Source: an uncultured Acidimicrobiia bacterium (GTDB lineage Bacteria > Actinomycetota > Acidimicrobiia > Spongiisociales > ZC4RG35). From it: DNA of 64,000 bases. Shown piece after piece: positions 20,182 to 29,760 of the stretch. The position numbers and the translations under genes are program-made. The first letter of the stretch is position 1, and the number at the start of each line of letters is the position of its first letter. The stretch covers positions 18,658 to 82,657 of the forward strand of contig CAVXIT010000002.1 in NCBI GenBank assembly GCA_963761985.1, in the 5' to 3' direction. The notes under the pieces were generated by a model that ran no database searches, was not told the DNA's origin, and saw only the letters and a list, made by a program, of their open reading frames with translations.

Positions 20182-21254
20182 TCGCGAGGAAGCCCCAGGA
20201 TTGACTCGCCAATGATGTTCGACAGAACCTGAGTCGTACCTCCTCCGACCGTCAATGCTGCCGAGAAGAGGAATCCCCAAGTTGGGTCGCCACGGTCAAG
20301 CAATCCGGGTGCTCCGCCGGCTTCGATCAGGAGATCCATCGCCTCCTGACCGTGCTTGTCGGCCATCAGCTTCTTGACCGCAACTTCGGGCCCCGGCGCT
20401 TGACCGGCCATCTGGGCCGTGAGAATTCGGAGTCCCATCAATCGGAGCAGCTCCGATTGGATATAGAGAGAGGTGGCGCGGTCACGCCATTTCTCAGTCC
20501 GGGGGAGCAGGTCCAGCACCTCCGTAGTGGTTGGACCCATCCCCCACAACACTCCGCCGGCGGAAAGCGCGATGCGTTCGTTGCCGAGGGTGAACTTCGC
20601 CAGGGGCCACCCACCGTTTTCGTCACCGAGCAAGTTCGCGCGCGGAACGGAGGCTTCGTCGAAGAAGACCTCGCTGAAGTGAGCCCGACCCGTCATCTCT
20701 TTAATAGGCCGTACCGTGATCCCCGGTTGGCGCATCGGGCAAAGCAAGTACGAGATGCCTTGATGCTTGGCTACCGACGTGTCAGTGCGGGCGAGAAGGA
20801 TGCCGTAGTCGGCGGAAGGCGCCATCGAGGTCCAGATCTTCTGGCCCGTGACCACGTAGCTGTCGCCATCGAGCACCGCCCGGGTCGTGAGTCCGGCGAG
20901 ATCCGAGCCCGCTCCCGGCTCAGAGAAAAGCTGGCACCAAATCTCGTCCCCTCGAATGAGCGGCCCGAGGAAACGCTCCTGCTGTTCGCGCGTCCCGGCA
21001 TGGAGGATCGTCGGTCCCGCCCAGCCGATCCCGATCGGATTGTGACCCTGGGCGTCGATGCCGGCTCGCCCGAGCTCATCGTTGATGATGAACTGGTGCT
21101 CGGGGTCGGCGTCCAGCCCCCAGGGTCGTGGCCAGCCCGGCGCCACATATCCGGCGGCCGCGAAGTCGACCGGCGTTGGGTCTTGATGCTTTGCGATCCA
21201 ATCGCGCACGGCGATCCGCCGCGGGTCCTCCTCCGCCGGAAGCCGAAAATCCAC
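20169..21254 (-). CDS. acyl-CoA dehydrogenase family protein
   Basis: ACAD N/M/C domains (QLFSEPGAGSDLAGLTTRA, GQKIWTS); likely GTG start at 21254 (VDFRLPAEEDP). Confidence 0.85.
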   Translation of the reverse strand: MDFRLPAEEDPRRIAVRDWIAKHQDPTPVDFAAAGYVAPGWPRPWGLDADPEHQFIINDELGRAGIDAQGHNPIGIGWAGPTILHAGTREQQERFLGPLIRGDEIWCQLFSEPGAGSDLAGLTTRAVLDGDSYVVTGQKIWTSMAPSADYGILLARTDTSVAKHQGISYLLCPMRQPGITVRPIKEMTGRAHFSEVFFDEASVPRANLLGDENGGWPLAKFTLGNERIALSAGGVLWGMGPTTTEVLDLLPRTEKWRDRATSLYIQSELLRLMGLRILTAQMAGQAPGPEVAVKKLMADKHGQEAMDLLIEAGGAPGLLDRGDPTWGFLFSAALTVGGGTTQVLSNIIGESILGLPRDQIA

Positions 21255-21258
21255 GTAT

Positions 21259-21278
21259 CCATTCTTGCGCAAGAATGG
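21259..21278. promoter_or_regulatory. 20-bp perfect palindrome CCATTCTTGCGCAAGAATGG at the ACAD/decarboxylase divergent junction
   Basis: Exact reverse-complement symmetry read from the sequence; overlaps the decarboxylase start region. Confidence 0.45.
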
Positions 21279-22662
21279 ATACGTGACGCCCGACGAGTTC
21301 CGCGCCAACGCACACACCCTTGTCGATTGGATCGCTGACTATCTCGAGAGATCCGGCGAGCTTCCGATCGTTCCCCAATTGGAACCCGGAGAGCTCAAGT
21401 CTCGCCTCCCGGCTTCAGCCCCGGAAGCGCCGGAGCCATTTTCGGCGCTCCTCGCCGACCTCGATCGGATCGTCGTCCCCGGTCTGACCGGGTGGCAGAA
21501 CCCGGGATGGTTCGCCTACTTCCCGGGGAACTCATCGCCACCGTCGCTCTTGGCAGAGATGGCGACCGCCGCCTTCGCCCAACAGGGAATGATGTGGGCG
21601 ACCAGCCCAATCGCGACCGAGCTCGAGATGGTGGTGCTCGACTGGCTCGTCGACCTCCTCGGACTTCCGACCCAGTGGAAGATGAAAGGTCCGGGAGGAG
21701 GAGCGATCCAGGTGAGCGCCTCCGACTCGTCCCATCTGGCTCTAGTGGTCAGCCGGTACCGGGCCCAACAGTCCCATTCAGTCGACCACCTCGTTGCCTA
21801 CTCCAGTGCGCAAAGTCATTCCTCGCTGGAGAAGGGAGCGCGTGTCGCCGGGTTCAAGCACTTTCGCTCCGTCGAAGTCGACACTCGTTTTGCGATGAGA
21901 CCCGACGCTCTCACGTCGGCGATCGCATCGGATCGAGCAAATGGACTTGTTCCGACTTTCGTGTGCTCGACGGTCGGCACCACGGGGACTACCGCCGTTG
22001 ATCCGGTCGGGCAGATCGCCGCAATCGCTCGTCGCGAAGGAATGTGGCATCACGTCGATGCTGCCTTCGCGGGCAGTGCGATGGTTTGTCCAGAGTTTCG
22101 GCGCTACCAGCCAGCCCTGGAGCAGGTCGACAGTTATGTCTTCAATCCCCACAAATGGCTATTGACCAACTTCGACTGCTCGGTCTTCTACGTCGCCGAC
22201 CGCCAGCCACTGTACGAAACCCTCAGCATCATTCCGCCCTACCTCCGGGGCGCGGCTGCCACGTCGACCGAAGTCGTGGACTACCGCGATTGGCAAGTTC
22301 CGCTCGGCCGGCGTTTTCGGGCGTTGAAGCTTTGGTGGGTCTTGCGTTACTACGGAGCCGAACGCCTACGAAGCTTTGTCCGCAACCACGTCGCGCTGGC
22401 CCAAGACCTCGCCGTCCGGATCGACCAACAGCCCGAATTGGAGTTGGTGGCCCCGGTTCCTTTCTCCCTGGTCTGTTTCCGTCATCGCAATGGCAACGAC
22501 TCAACCGATCAGATTGTCGCGGCGATCAACTCGAGTGAAACGTCGTATGTAACACCGTCGGTCATCGACGATCAGCGCTTCATTCGAGTCTCGATCGGCC
22601 AGAGCCACACCGAAGCCGAGCACATCGACCGCCTGTGGAAGGCGATTCTTTCGGCTCTCTAG
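21265..22662 (+). CDS. PLP-dependent group II decarboxylase (aromatic-L-amino-acid/DABA decarboxylase family)
   Basis: PLP-lysine motif SVFNPHKWLLTNFDCS; 465 aa; TTG or GTG start. Confidence 0.85.
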   Translation: MRKNGYVTPDEFRANAHTLVDWIADYLERSGELPIVPQLEPGELKSRLPASAPEAPEPFSALLADLDRIVVPGLTGWQNPGWFAYFPGNSSPPSLLAEMATAAFAQQGMMWATSPIATELEMVVLDWLVDLLGLPTQWKMKGPGGGAIQVSASDSSHLALVVSRYRAQQSHSVDHLVAYSSAQSHSSLEKGARVAGFKHFRSVEVDTRFAMRPDALTSAIASDRANGLVPTFVCSTVGTTGTTAVDPVGQIAAIARREGMWHHVDAAFAGSAMVCPEFRRYQPALEQVDSYVFNPHKWLLTNFDCSVFYVADRQPLYETLSIIPPYLRGAAATSTEVVDYRDWQVPLGRRFRALKLWWVLRYYGAERLRSFVRNHVALAQDLAVRIDQQPELELVAPVPFSLVCFRHRNGNDSTDQIVAAINSSETSYVTPSVIDDQRFIRVSIGQSHTEAEHIDRLWKAILSAL

Positions 22663-23771
22663 CTCGGCAGGATCCCAAGGGTGACTCGCAAGGTGATGGC
22701 GTCTCCGTCGCGAATCACGTCGAGGACAACCTCGTCGCCCGGCAGGTAGCTGCGAACGTGTGCAGCAAGCTCATCGATCGAGGAAACGGCCAAGGCATCA
22801 ACCGCCGTAACGATGTCACCCACCTCGAGACCGCCCTGCGCGGCGGCCGAGCCGGCGGTGATCTCGGCGATCAGCGCACCGCTTTGAGCACCGGTCGCGT
22901 TGTCACCGGTGACGCCGAGATATGCGGCTTCGATCGGAGTTCCGGCCACGATGTTCGAGGCGAATTCGTACGCGTTGGTGATCGGAACGGCAAAACCGAC
23001 ACCCTGGTTGGCGCCGGTGGTTGTGAAGATCTCGATGTTGACGCCGATTACCCGGCCCTCACGATCAGCCAGCGCTCCGCCGCTGTTTCCCGGGTTGATC
23101 GAAGCGTCCGTCTGGATCAACACCTGGGGACTGTCGAAATCCCAGATCGGTCGATTTACGGCTGAGACCACACCGGAGGTAACAGTTTGGTCGAGGCCCC
23201 AAGGGCTTCCCAGCGCCACTGCGAGCTGGCCAACTTCTAGTTCCTCGTCGAGAGCGAGCCGGGCAGCTGGAATTCCCTCTGTGACGACCTGAATGACGCC
23301 GATGTCATGGGCTGGATCTGTGCCAACCACCGAACCTTCGCTTTGAGACCCGTTGGCAAAACGAACTGAGACGGTCTCGACCCCTTCGACGACATGCGCT
23401 GCCGTGAGGACATGACCGTCCTCGTAGACAAAGCCCGAGCCCAAACCCCCACCGGGAATCGAGATCTGCACCATCGACGGCAACAAGGCGGAGGCCACGG
23501 CGGCAACTGGCTCTTCGGTTGAGGCGATGGCCGGCGACGTTACGACGGAAATCGGTTGCTCGTTGACACCCTGCTGGCTGACAACCGTCGGTGTCTGATT
23601 GTCTTCGTTCAATAGCCAGCCAAACGCGGCTCCGCCTACCGCCAGGATCAGACCCAGCAGCGTTGCAATGAGCCAGGAAAGGTTGCGTCTGGCGGGCGCT
23701 GGCCGCGGCGGCGTTTCGACGATGACCTCCGTAGGCAGGTCGGAACTGATGCGGGTTTCTTCGTTGAGCAT
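22659..23771 (-). CDS. htrA: HtrA/DegP-family trypsin-like serine protease with PDZ domain
   Basis: N-terminal TM; catalytic triad context incl. GNSGGAL; C-terminal PDZ; stop overlaps the convergent decarboxylase stop. Confidence 0.85.
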   Translation of the reverse strand: MLNEETRISSDLPTEVIVETPPRPAPARRNLSWLIATLLGLILAVGGAAFGWLLNEDNQTPTVVSQQGVNEQPISVVTSPAIASTEEPVAAVASALLPSMVQISIPGGGLGSGFVYEDGHVLTAAHVVEGVETVSVRFANGSQSEGSVVGTDPAHDIGVIQVVTEGIPAARLALDEELEVGQLAVALGSPWGLDQTVTSGVVSAVNRPIWDFDSPQVLIQTDASINPGNSGGALADREGRVIGVNIEIFTTTGANQGVGFAVPITNAYEFASNIVAGTPIEAAYLGVTGDNATGAQSGALIAEITAGSAAAQGGLEVGDIVTAVDALAVSSIDELAAHVRSYLPGDEVVLDVIRDGDAITLRVTLGILPS

Positions 23772-23803
23772 GGATCCTCCGACTCGAACGTAGCGTTCGC
23801 TCG

Positions 23804-25054
23804 CTAAATCGCTTCTAAATCTTTGCTGGGAATTGTCAGAGAGGCGGTCGAAGAAAGATGTTCGGTGTTGGCAACCAGCGACACCGGGCCCGGTCGTCCC
23901 CGCAAAGGGTCAAGGTGGGGAGCTGGGCCCTCGGCGCCATCAGGCAGCCAGATGACCATCGTCGCCCCTTCCTCGGAATATATCTCGAATTCGCCCCCGT
24001 GCATCCTGGTCACCTGCTCGACGATCCCCAGTCCCAGACCAGTGCCGTCGCCGCCGGTGAAGCCGGGACCCTCGTCGGCCACCGCCAGATATGCCCATCC
24101 TTGCCGGCGACCACATCCGATCTCGATCTTGCTCCCCGCCGGCGCTACACGGAGAGCGTTGTCAAGCAGGTTTCCGAGCGCGCGGCTCAAAGCCAGAGCA
24201 TCGCCTTGCACCTCGACCGGCTCGACAGACTCCTGCAAACCAACTTCGCCATCGGCGGCCGAGGCTCGTTGATCGTCTGTCGCCGCACGAACCAGATGAG
24301 CCAGGTCGACGGCGACCTTCGTCGCCTTGCTGCTTTCGAAGCGAGCTGCGGCCAATAGTGCGTCGATCATCGAGCCCATCTTCTCAGCATTGCGGGCGAC
24401 GATCTCCCCCGTTGCCCGCCATTCCTCGATCGTTGGGGTCGGGTCGTCGAGGGTCACTTCGACATTCGATCGAATCACCGAAAGCGGCGTGCGAAGGTCG
24501 TGGGAAGTGTCGGCGAGGAACCGCTTTTGCGATTGAAACGCAACTTGCAGCCGATCGAGCATCGAGTCGAATGTCGCTCCCAACCGTGTGAGCTCATCAT
24601 CGGGGCCTTCGAGAGCAATCCGGCGGGAAAGATCGGAGACTTCGATCTCACGCGCCACCTGCGTGATGCGATCGACGGGCGCGAGCGCCCGGCCGGCCAT
24701 GACCCAGCCGACCGCGAGCGAAATCACAAAGAGGGCAACCAGGGCGATCAACGAATAGGAGGCCAGCTTTTCCAAGACGAACTGGCTGAACAGGCTCTCG
24801 AGGGTCCGCACCTGGGCTTCCTCCAGCTGCGGGTTAATCAGCAAGCGGAATTGCCCGAGCTGCAGTTCGCGCCCGCGGACGACTAGCCGGGTCTCGGTCT
24901 GCGTGAGCTGCCAGCGGACCGCGAGGTAAACCAAGGCAAGAATCAATCCCCCCAAACCGAACACGACCGCCGAATACTGCGCTGACAGTCGAAATCGGAT
25001 CGAACGAAACAGCGGGGGCAGGCGCGAACCACGATTTCTCAATGAATCGCTCAC
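23804..25054 (-). CDS. two-component sensor histidine kinase (HAMP-HisKA-HATPase)
   Basis: H-box FLADTSHDLRTPLSVIR; N/G-box region; 4-nt overlap with the upstream RR. Confidence 0.85.
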   Translation of the reverse strand: MSDSLRNRGSRLPPLFRSIRFRLSAQYSAVVFGLGGLILALVYLAVRWQLTQTETRLVVRGRELQLGQFRLLINPQLEEAQVRTLESLFSQFVLEKLASYSLIALVALFVISLAVGWVMAGRALAPVDRITQVAREIEVSDLSRRIALEGPDDELTRLGATFDSMLDRLQVAFQSQKRFLADTSHDLRTPLSVIRSNVEVTLDDPTPTIEEWRATGEIVARNAEKMGSMIDALLAAARFESSKATKVAVDLAHLVRAATDDQRASAADGEVGLQESVEPVEVQGDALALSRALGNLLDNALRVAPAGSKIEIGCGRRQGWAYLAVADEGPGFTGGDGTGLGLGIVEQVTRMHGGEFEIYSEEGATMVIWLPDGAEGPAPHLDPLRGRPGPVSLVANTEHLSSTASLTIPSKDLEAI

Positions 25055-25728
25055 GAAGCTCGCAATACGTAGCCGCGGCCGGCCAGCGTCTCGATGATCG
25101 GCGGTTCGCCCAGCTTCTTGCGGAGGTTGGAAACCGTTACCCGAACCGTATTGGTGAATGGATCGGCCATCTCATCCCAAACGTGCTCGAGAAGTCTCTC
25201 CTGAGGCATGACTTCATCTGCGTGCATCATGAGGAACTCGAGCAATGAAAACTCTTTGCTCGTCAGGCTGAGTGGTGATCCTTTGCGTTCGGCCACGAAA
25301 CGCGCCGGGTCGAGCGTCAGATCCCCGACCGAAAGCACAGGGCTCGGGGCTTCGTCCCGCCGGAGCAAAGCCCGGGCACGAGCAGCGAGCTCGGCGAACG
25401 CAAAGGGTTTGACCACATAGTCGTCCGCGCCCGCGTCGAGCCCGGCGACGCGATCATCGATGTCATCGCGAGCGGTGAGCAGCAACACTCGCGGCCGCTT
25501 TGACTCCAAGGTGGGAAGGTCGCCGGCAACCATCCTTCGGCATAGTTCGAGACCTGATCCGTCACCGAGGTTCCAGTCCAGAATCGCCAGGTCATAACCG
25601 GCACCGCGCAGCTTTTCTTCGGCCGCCGAAGCCCCGTGTGCGACGTCGACTGCGTACCCATGGCGGCGCAGACCGCGCGCTATCGCAGCCGCCAGATCCT
25701 GCTCGTCCTCCACGACCAGTAGACGCAT
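25051..25728 (-). CDS. OmpR-family response regulator
   Basis: MRLLVVEDEQDLAAAIARGL receiver; C-terminal winged-helix RVTVSNLRKKLG. Confidence 0.85.
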   Translation of the reverse strand: MRLLVVEDEQDLAAAIARGLRRHGYAVDVAHGASAAEEKLRGAGYDLAILDWNLGDGSGLELCRRMVAGDLPTLESKRPRVLLLTARDDIDDRVAGLDAGADDYVVKPFAFAELAARARALLRRDEAPSPVLSVGDLTLDPARFVAERKGSPLSLTSKEFSLLEFLMMHADEVMPQERLLEHVWDEMADPFTNTVRVTVSNLRKKLGEPPIIETLAGRGYVLRAS

Positions 25729-25804
25729 GGGGAAAACGGTAACCGAGCGCGATAAACCCTGGTTAATGGCAAACCCGAAGACAAAAAACCCGAAGACCGG
25801 ACGA

Positions 25805-26239
25805 TCAGAGAACCAAGCGGGCAACGGTCTCGGCAATCACCGCGAGATTGCCGTTGGTGGAGATTTCAACGGTCCTGTTGATTTGCACGGCTGAGCCGAG
25901 ATCCCGAACGCCTGAGATGGTGAAGCTCGCCTGCAGGACGTCGCCGATCTGAACGTCAGAAATCCGCTCCAAGCCATTAATGCCGTAGTTGATCGTGGCA
26001 CGCGGTTGTGGCAAAGGAAGTTCGATTCCACTTCCGAGCGCGGGCAGAAGGGAAACAACGAGGAGCAAGGGAACTTCGGAGGTCGGGCTGGCCCCAATTG
26101 CGTGGCAAAACGCCGCTACGCGGGCTTTATCAACGATGATCCCGGGCCCGGGCCCGAATCGTTGGCCGACTAGCTGGCGATGGTCGGATAGGTCTATCGG
26201 GTCTTCGGTTCTATCGGGCAAGGCTTCGGCCGCCGCCAA
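25805..26239 (-). CDS. MaoC-like hot-dog fold (R)-hydratase
   Basis: 144-aa hot-dog protein; first gene-distal member of a thiolase/CoA-transferase/SDR operon. Confidence 0.55.
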   Translation of the reverse strand: MAAAEALPDRTEDPIDLSDHRQLVGQRFGPGPGIIVDKARVAAFCHAIGASPTSEVPLLLVVSLLPALGSGIELPLPQPRATINYGINGLERISDVQIGDVLQASFTISGVRDLGSAVQINRTVEISTNGNLAVIAETVARLVL

Positions 26240-26921
26240 TTGTGATCACTTCACCGGTGATGTAACCGGGTGCGGCCAGGAACGCGACGAGTTCAGCCAC
26301 CTCCGCTGGTTCGCCCATGCGCCCGATCGGGATCGAAGTGACCATCTTGTCTCGAACTTCGGCCGGGATCGCCATCGACATCTCGGTTGCTATCAGGCCG
26401 GGGGCGATGGCATTGACCCGGATACTTGGAGCCAGGCTTAAGGCAAAGGCACGAGTGACTCCGACCAAGGCCCCTTTCGACATCGAATAGTTGAACTGGC
26501 CGAAATTTCCGAGATAAGCCCGTGACGAGATGTTGACGATCGCTCCCTGTTTCATCTTCGGTGCTAGCCGATTAATGATGGTGAGGGCTGCCCCGAGGTT
26601 CACGTCGAGCACCGTGGCGAACTCTTCCTCAGTCATGTTCACCAGGCGGGCATCCCGGGTGACGCCGGCGTTGTTGACAATGAGTTCGATTGGGGGCTTT
26701 CCCTCAACCGCCGATTCGAGGAGGTCGATGCCTTCTTCCGTCGTCAGGTTGGCTTCCACCGGTATCGCACTGGCACCAGCCTGTTCGAGAGTGACCACCA
26801 GTTCTGCCAGCCGCGGAGATAGATCCACACAGATCAATGTCCAGCGATCAGCGGCAAGGCGCTCGCAGATCGCCCGGCCGATTCCGCCCGCGGCGCCGGT
26901 GACGATCGCGGTGCTAGTCAT
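26211..26921 (-). CDS. SDR family oxidoreductase (3-hydroxyacyl-CoA/3-oxoacyl reductase-like)
   Basis: TGAAGGIGRAI Rossmann motif; NNAG; YxxxK catalytic context. Confidence 0.85.
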   Translation of the reverse strand: MTSTAIVTGAAGGIGRAICERLAADRWTLICVDLSPRLAELVVTLEQAGASAIPVEANLTTEEGIDLLESAVEGKPPIELIVNNAGVTRDARLVNMTEEEFATVLDVNLGAALTIINRLAPKMKQGAIVNISSRAYLGNFGQFNYSMSKGALVGVTRAFALSLAPSIRVNAIAPGLIATEMSMAIPAEVRDKMVTSIPIGRMGEPAEVAELVAFLAAPGYITGEVITIGGGRSLAR

Positions 26922-27334
26922 CCCAGTGCCTTGCCGAGGTGACCGGTTCCAAGATGAACCAGCTCGCCTTGAGGACCCTCACTCTCGAGCAGATGCAAGA
27001 CCCAGCGCTCCACTTGCTCGCCGGAGGTTTCGTCGTCGATCGCGAGGACGTTGATCGGCAACGCGGCCTTGGCGAGTTCAATCCCTGCGGTCCGTGCCCC
27101 GGCGACAAGCCCTGCGGCGACCGCCGCAGACCCTGGTCCGTTGCGGCCCAAGAGATCGTCAGTCGAAATCACATAGACGATGGGCTCTCCTGCGATCACG
27201 GCCAGCTGGGTCAAACGAAATGCCTCGAGCAGAATCAAGCGGACCGCAGGCCAATCCTCACCGACCTCTGTCGCCCCGAAGACCAGCCCCGGTTGGTCGT
27301 TGGGGTAATCGCCCTCGACTCCTACGACTCTCAC
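26918..27334 (-). CDS. degenerate SDR-like protein (no GxxxGxG, no Yx3K)
   Basis: 138 aa; C-terminal-half SDR-like IVYVISTDDLLG...LPINVLAID but cofactor and catalytic motifs absent; 4-nt overlaps on both sides. Confidence 0.4.
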   Translation of the reverse strand: MRVVGVEGDYPNDQPGLVFGATEVGEDWPAVRLILLEAFRLTQLAVIAGEPIVYVISTDDLLGRNGPGSAAVAAGLVAGARTAGIELAKAALPINVLAIDDETSGEQVERWVLHLLESEGPQGELVHLGTGHLGKALG

Positions 27335-28569
27335 GCGAGGACCGCTCCCGTCTCTACGAGCTTTTCGATCTCATCGTTCGCCATGCCCAGTTCGGACAGA
27401 ATCGCACGGCTGTGCTGGCCGAGCGAGGGCGAGGCTACGTCAGAACGAGCGGCGGCTCCCCCAAACCGGATGGGTGAACCCTGGGTGTGGATCGTTCCGG
27501 CCCGCGGATGGTTGATTGTCACCACCATCTCATTGTGAATTGCCTGCGGATCAGAAAAGACCTCGTCGAGGTCGAGAATGCGTCCGACCGGGATGCCGGC
27601 CCGACCCAAGGTGTCCAGCCAATGGTCGGTGGGCATGCGTTCAAACTTCGCTTGTAGCAACTCTGTGAGGGGAATCCGGTTTTCGACTCGGAGTTGATTG
27701 CTGGCGAAGCGGGAATCGGCGGCCGCGTCTCCCAACCCGAGCGCCTGGCAGCAATCGACGAAGTGGCGATTGGAGACGACGGCGACGTTCACATAGCCGT
27801 CACTGGTGCGAAACGTCTGATTTGGCGCAGTGACCGGCGAGGCAGTGCCCGTTCGTTCCGGCTGGCTTCCGTTGGCGAAGAACTGAGCATTCCATCCGGC
27901 CTGAACCGCGACCAAGCCGTCTCGGAGCGAAATCTCGAGCAAACGACCAATGCCGCCGCGGCGACCGCCGCCGCCAACAATTGCGGCGGCGATGGCGAAG
28001 GCGGCGTTGGTGCCGGCAACGAAGTCGGCGATCGTGGTTGCCGTCTTTTGCGGAGGATCTCCGGGGCTGCCGGCGAGGGACATCATTCCTGACTCCCCCT
28101 GAAAGATCAGGTCGATTCCAGGCCGGTCGGCCTGAGGGCCAGTCGAACCGAATGCTGTGATGGACGCATAGACGAGGTGCCGACCCTCGTCCTGGAGAGC
28201 CTCGTAACCGAGCCCCATGCGATCCATCGCGCCCTTCCGCAGGTTGTTGAGCACGACATCGGCCTCAAGACATATGCGTCGCAGAAGCGCGGTATTGCCT
28301 TTCGCTTTGGCGTCGATCGCAAGACTTCTCTTTCCGCGGTTGACGGAAATGAAGAACGCGCTTTCCGAGCCGTAGAAAGGTCCGATCTCTCGGGCAAGGT
28401 CACCCGACATAGGTTCAACTTTGACGACGTCGGCCCCGAGGTCGGCGAGCAACATACCGCAGTAGGGGGCAGCCACCAGGTTGCCGAACTCGATGACTTT
28501 GATTCCAGAGAGGGGTGGGGTCACGCGCTTTTCAGGACAACTGCAATTCCCTGGCCGACTCCGATGCAC
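27331..28569 (-). CDS. CaiB/BaiF family (class III) CoA-transferase
   Basis: GIKVIEFGNLVAAPYCGMLLADLGADVVKVEP N-terminal signature. Confidence 0.85.
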   Translation of the reverse strand: MHRSRPGNCSCPEKRVTPPLSGIKVIEFGNLVAAPYCGMLLADLGADVVKVEPMSGDLAREIGPFYGSESAFFISVNRGKRSLAIDAKAKGNTALLRRICLEADVVLNNLRKGAMDRMGLGYEALQDEGRHLVYASITAFGSTGPQADRPGIDLIFQGESGMMSLAGSPGDPPQKTATTIADFVAGTNAAFAIAAAIVGGGGRRGGIGRLLEISLRDGLVAVQAGWNAQFFANGSQPERTGTASPVTAPNQTFRTSDGYVNVAVVSNRHFVDCCQALGLGDAAADSRFASNQLRVENRIPLTELLQAKFERMPTDHWLDTLGRAGIPVGRILDLDEVFSDPQAIHNEMVVTINHPRAGTIHTQGSPIRFGGAAARSDVASPSLGQHSRAILSELGMANDEIEKLVETGAVLA

Positions 28570-29729
28570 ATCGTTGCCAGGCCAAAGCCGCCGCCCTGCT
28601 TTTGGAGTTCATGGGCGAGCGTGCCCACGAGCCGCGAGCCAGAAGATCCCAAAGGGTGCCCGCGAGCGATCGCGCCTCCATTGACGTTGACGATTCGCGG
28701 ATCGACGCCAAGGCGACGAACGGTCGCCACAGCCTGGGCAGCGAACGCTTCGTTGATCTCGGCCAGATTGAGATCCGAAGCAGCCACACCTGCCCGCGCC
28801 AAAGCTTTCTCACTGGCTGGCACCGTGCCAAGCCCCATCACATCAGGATGGACGCCGGCCACGGCTGAACCAGCGATTTGGGCCAGCGGTGTGAGTCCGT
28901 ATCGGTCAAGGCCCGCCCGGGTGGCGAGCAAAACCGCGCTCGCTCCGTCGTTCATCGGTGACGAGTTCCCGGCGGTAACAGTCCCGCCAGACTTGAACAC
29001 CGGAGGCAGCTTCGACAACGCCTCGAGCGAGGTATCGGGTCTCGGACCTTCGTCGAGGCGAATCGACTGCGTCTCTTTGCCGCGAACAGCCGGAATCTCG
29101 ATCGGTTCGATTTCGAAGGAGAGGGTCTGGTTCTCGTCGGCTTTGACGGCTTTCTGATGGCTCGCCAATGCGAACTCGTCTTGATCAAGGCGAGAAATGT
29201 TTTCACGCTCGGCGACCACCTCCGCGGTCATGCCTAGCGTGATCGGCGGATACAACTCTTTCATGCGTTCATTCACGAGGCGCCAGCCGATCACAGTGTC
29301 AACTATTTCCGGTGCGCCTACCTTGAACGCCCGGTCCGCTTTCGTGACGACGTACGGAGCCCGGCTCATCGATTCCGACCCTCCCGCGATCATGACATCA
29401 CCCCATCCCGCGGCAAGGGCCTGGGCGGCCGAGATCACCGCCTGCATTCCCGAGCCACACAGGCGATTGACCGTGGCGCCTGTGACTTCGACCGGAAGAC
29501 CGGCGAGCAGCACTGCCATCCGGGCAACGTTGCGGTTGTCCTCCCCCGCCTGGTTGGCCGCCCCCCAATAAACATCTTCGATGAATTGCGGCTCGACCAG
29601 CGGGTTTCGAGCAAGGAGCCGTGCGATCACGTGCGCGGCCAGGTCATCGGGGCGCACGTGGGCAAGTTGACCACCGATTTTTCCCATCGGGGTGCGACAC
29701 GCGTCCACGACGAATGTTTCTTGCATCAC
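28521..29729 (-). CDS. acetyl-CoA C-acyltransferase (thiolase)
   Basis: NRLCGSGMQAV active-site Cys; C-terminal GGGFGLATMCIGVGQG. Confidence 0.9.
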   Translation of the reverse strand: MMQETFVVDACRTPMGKIGGQLAHVRPDDLAAHVIARLLARNPLVEPQFIEDVYWGAANQAGEDNRNVARMAVLLAGLPVEVTGATVNRLCGSGMQAVISAAQALAAGWGDVMIAGGSESMSRAPYVVTKADRAFKVGAPEIVDTVIGWRLVNERMKELYPPITLGMTAEVVAERENISRLDQDEFALASHQKAVKADENQTLSFEIEPIEIPAVRGKETQSIRLDEGPRPDTSLEALSKLPPVFKSGGTVTAGNSSPMNDGASAVLLATRAGLDRYGLTPLAQIAGSAVAGVHPDVMGLGTVPASEKALARAGVAASDLNLAEINEAFAAQAVATVRRLGVDPRIVNVNGGAIARGHPLGSSGSRLVGTLAHELQKQGGGFGLATMCIGVGQGIAVVLKSA

Positions 29730-29760
29730 AGTTTGAAACTAATGCCCGAAAAGTAATGGA

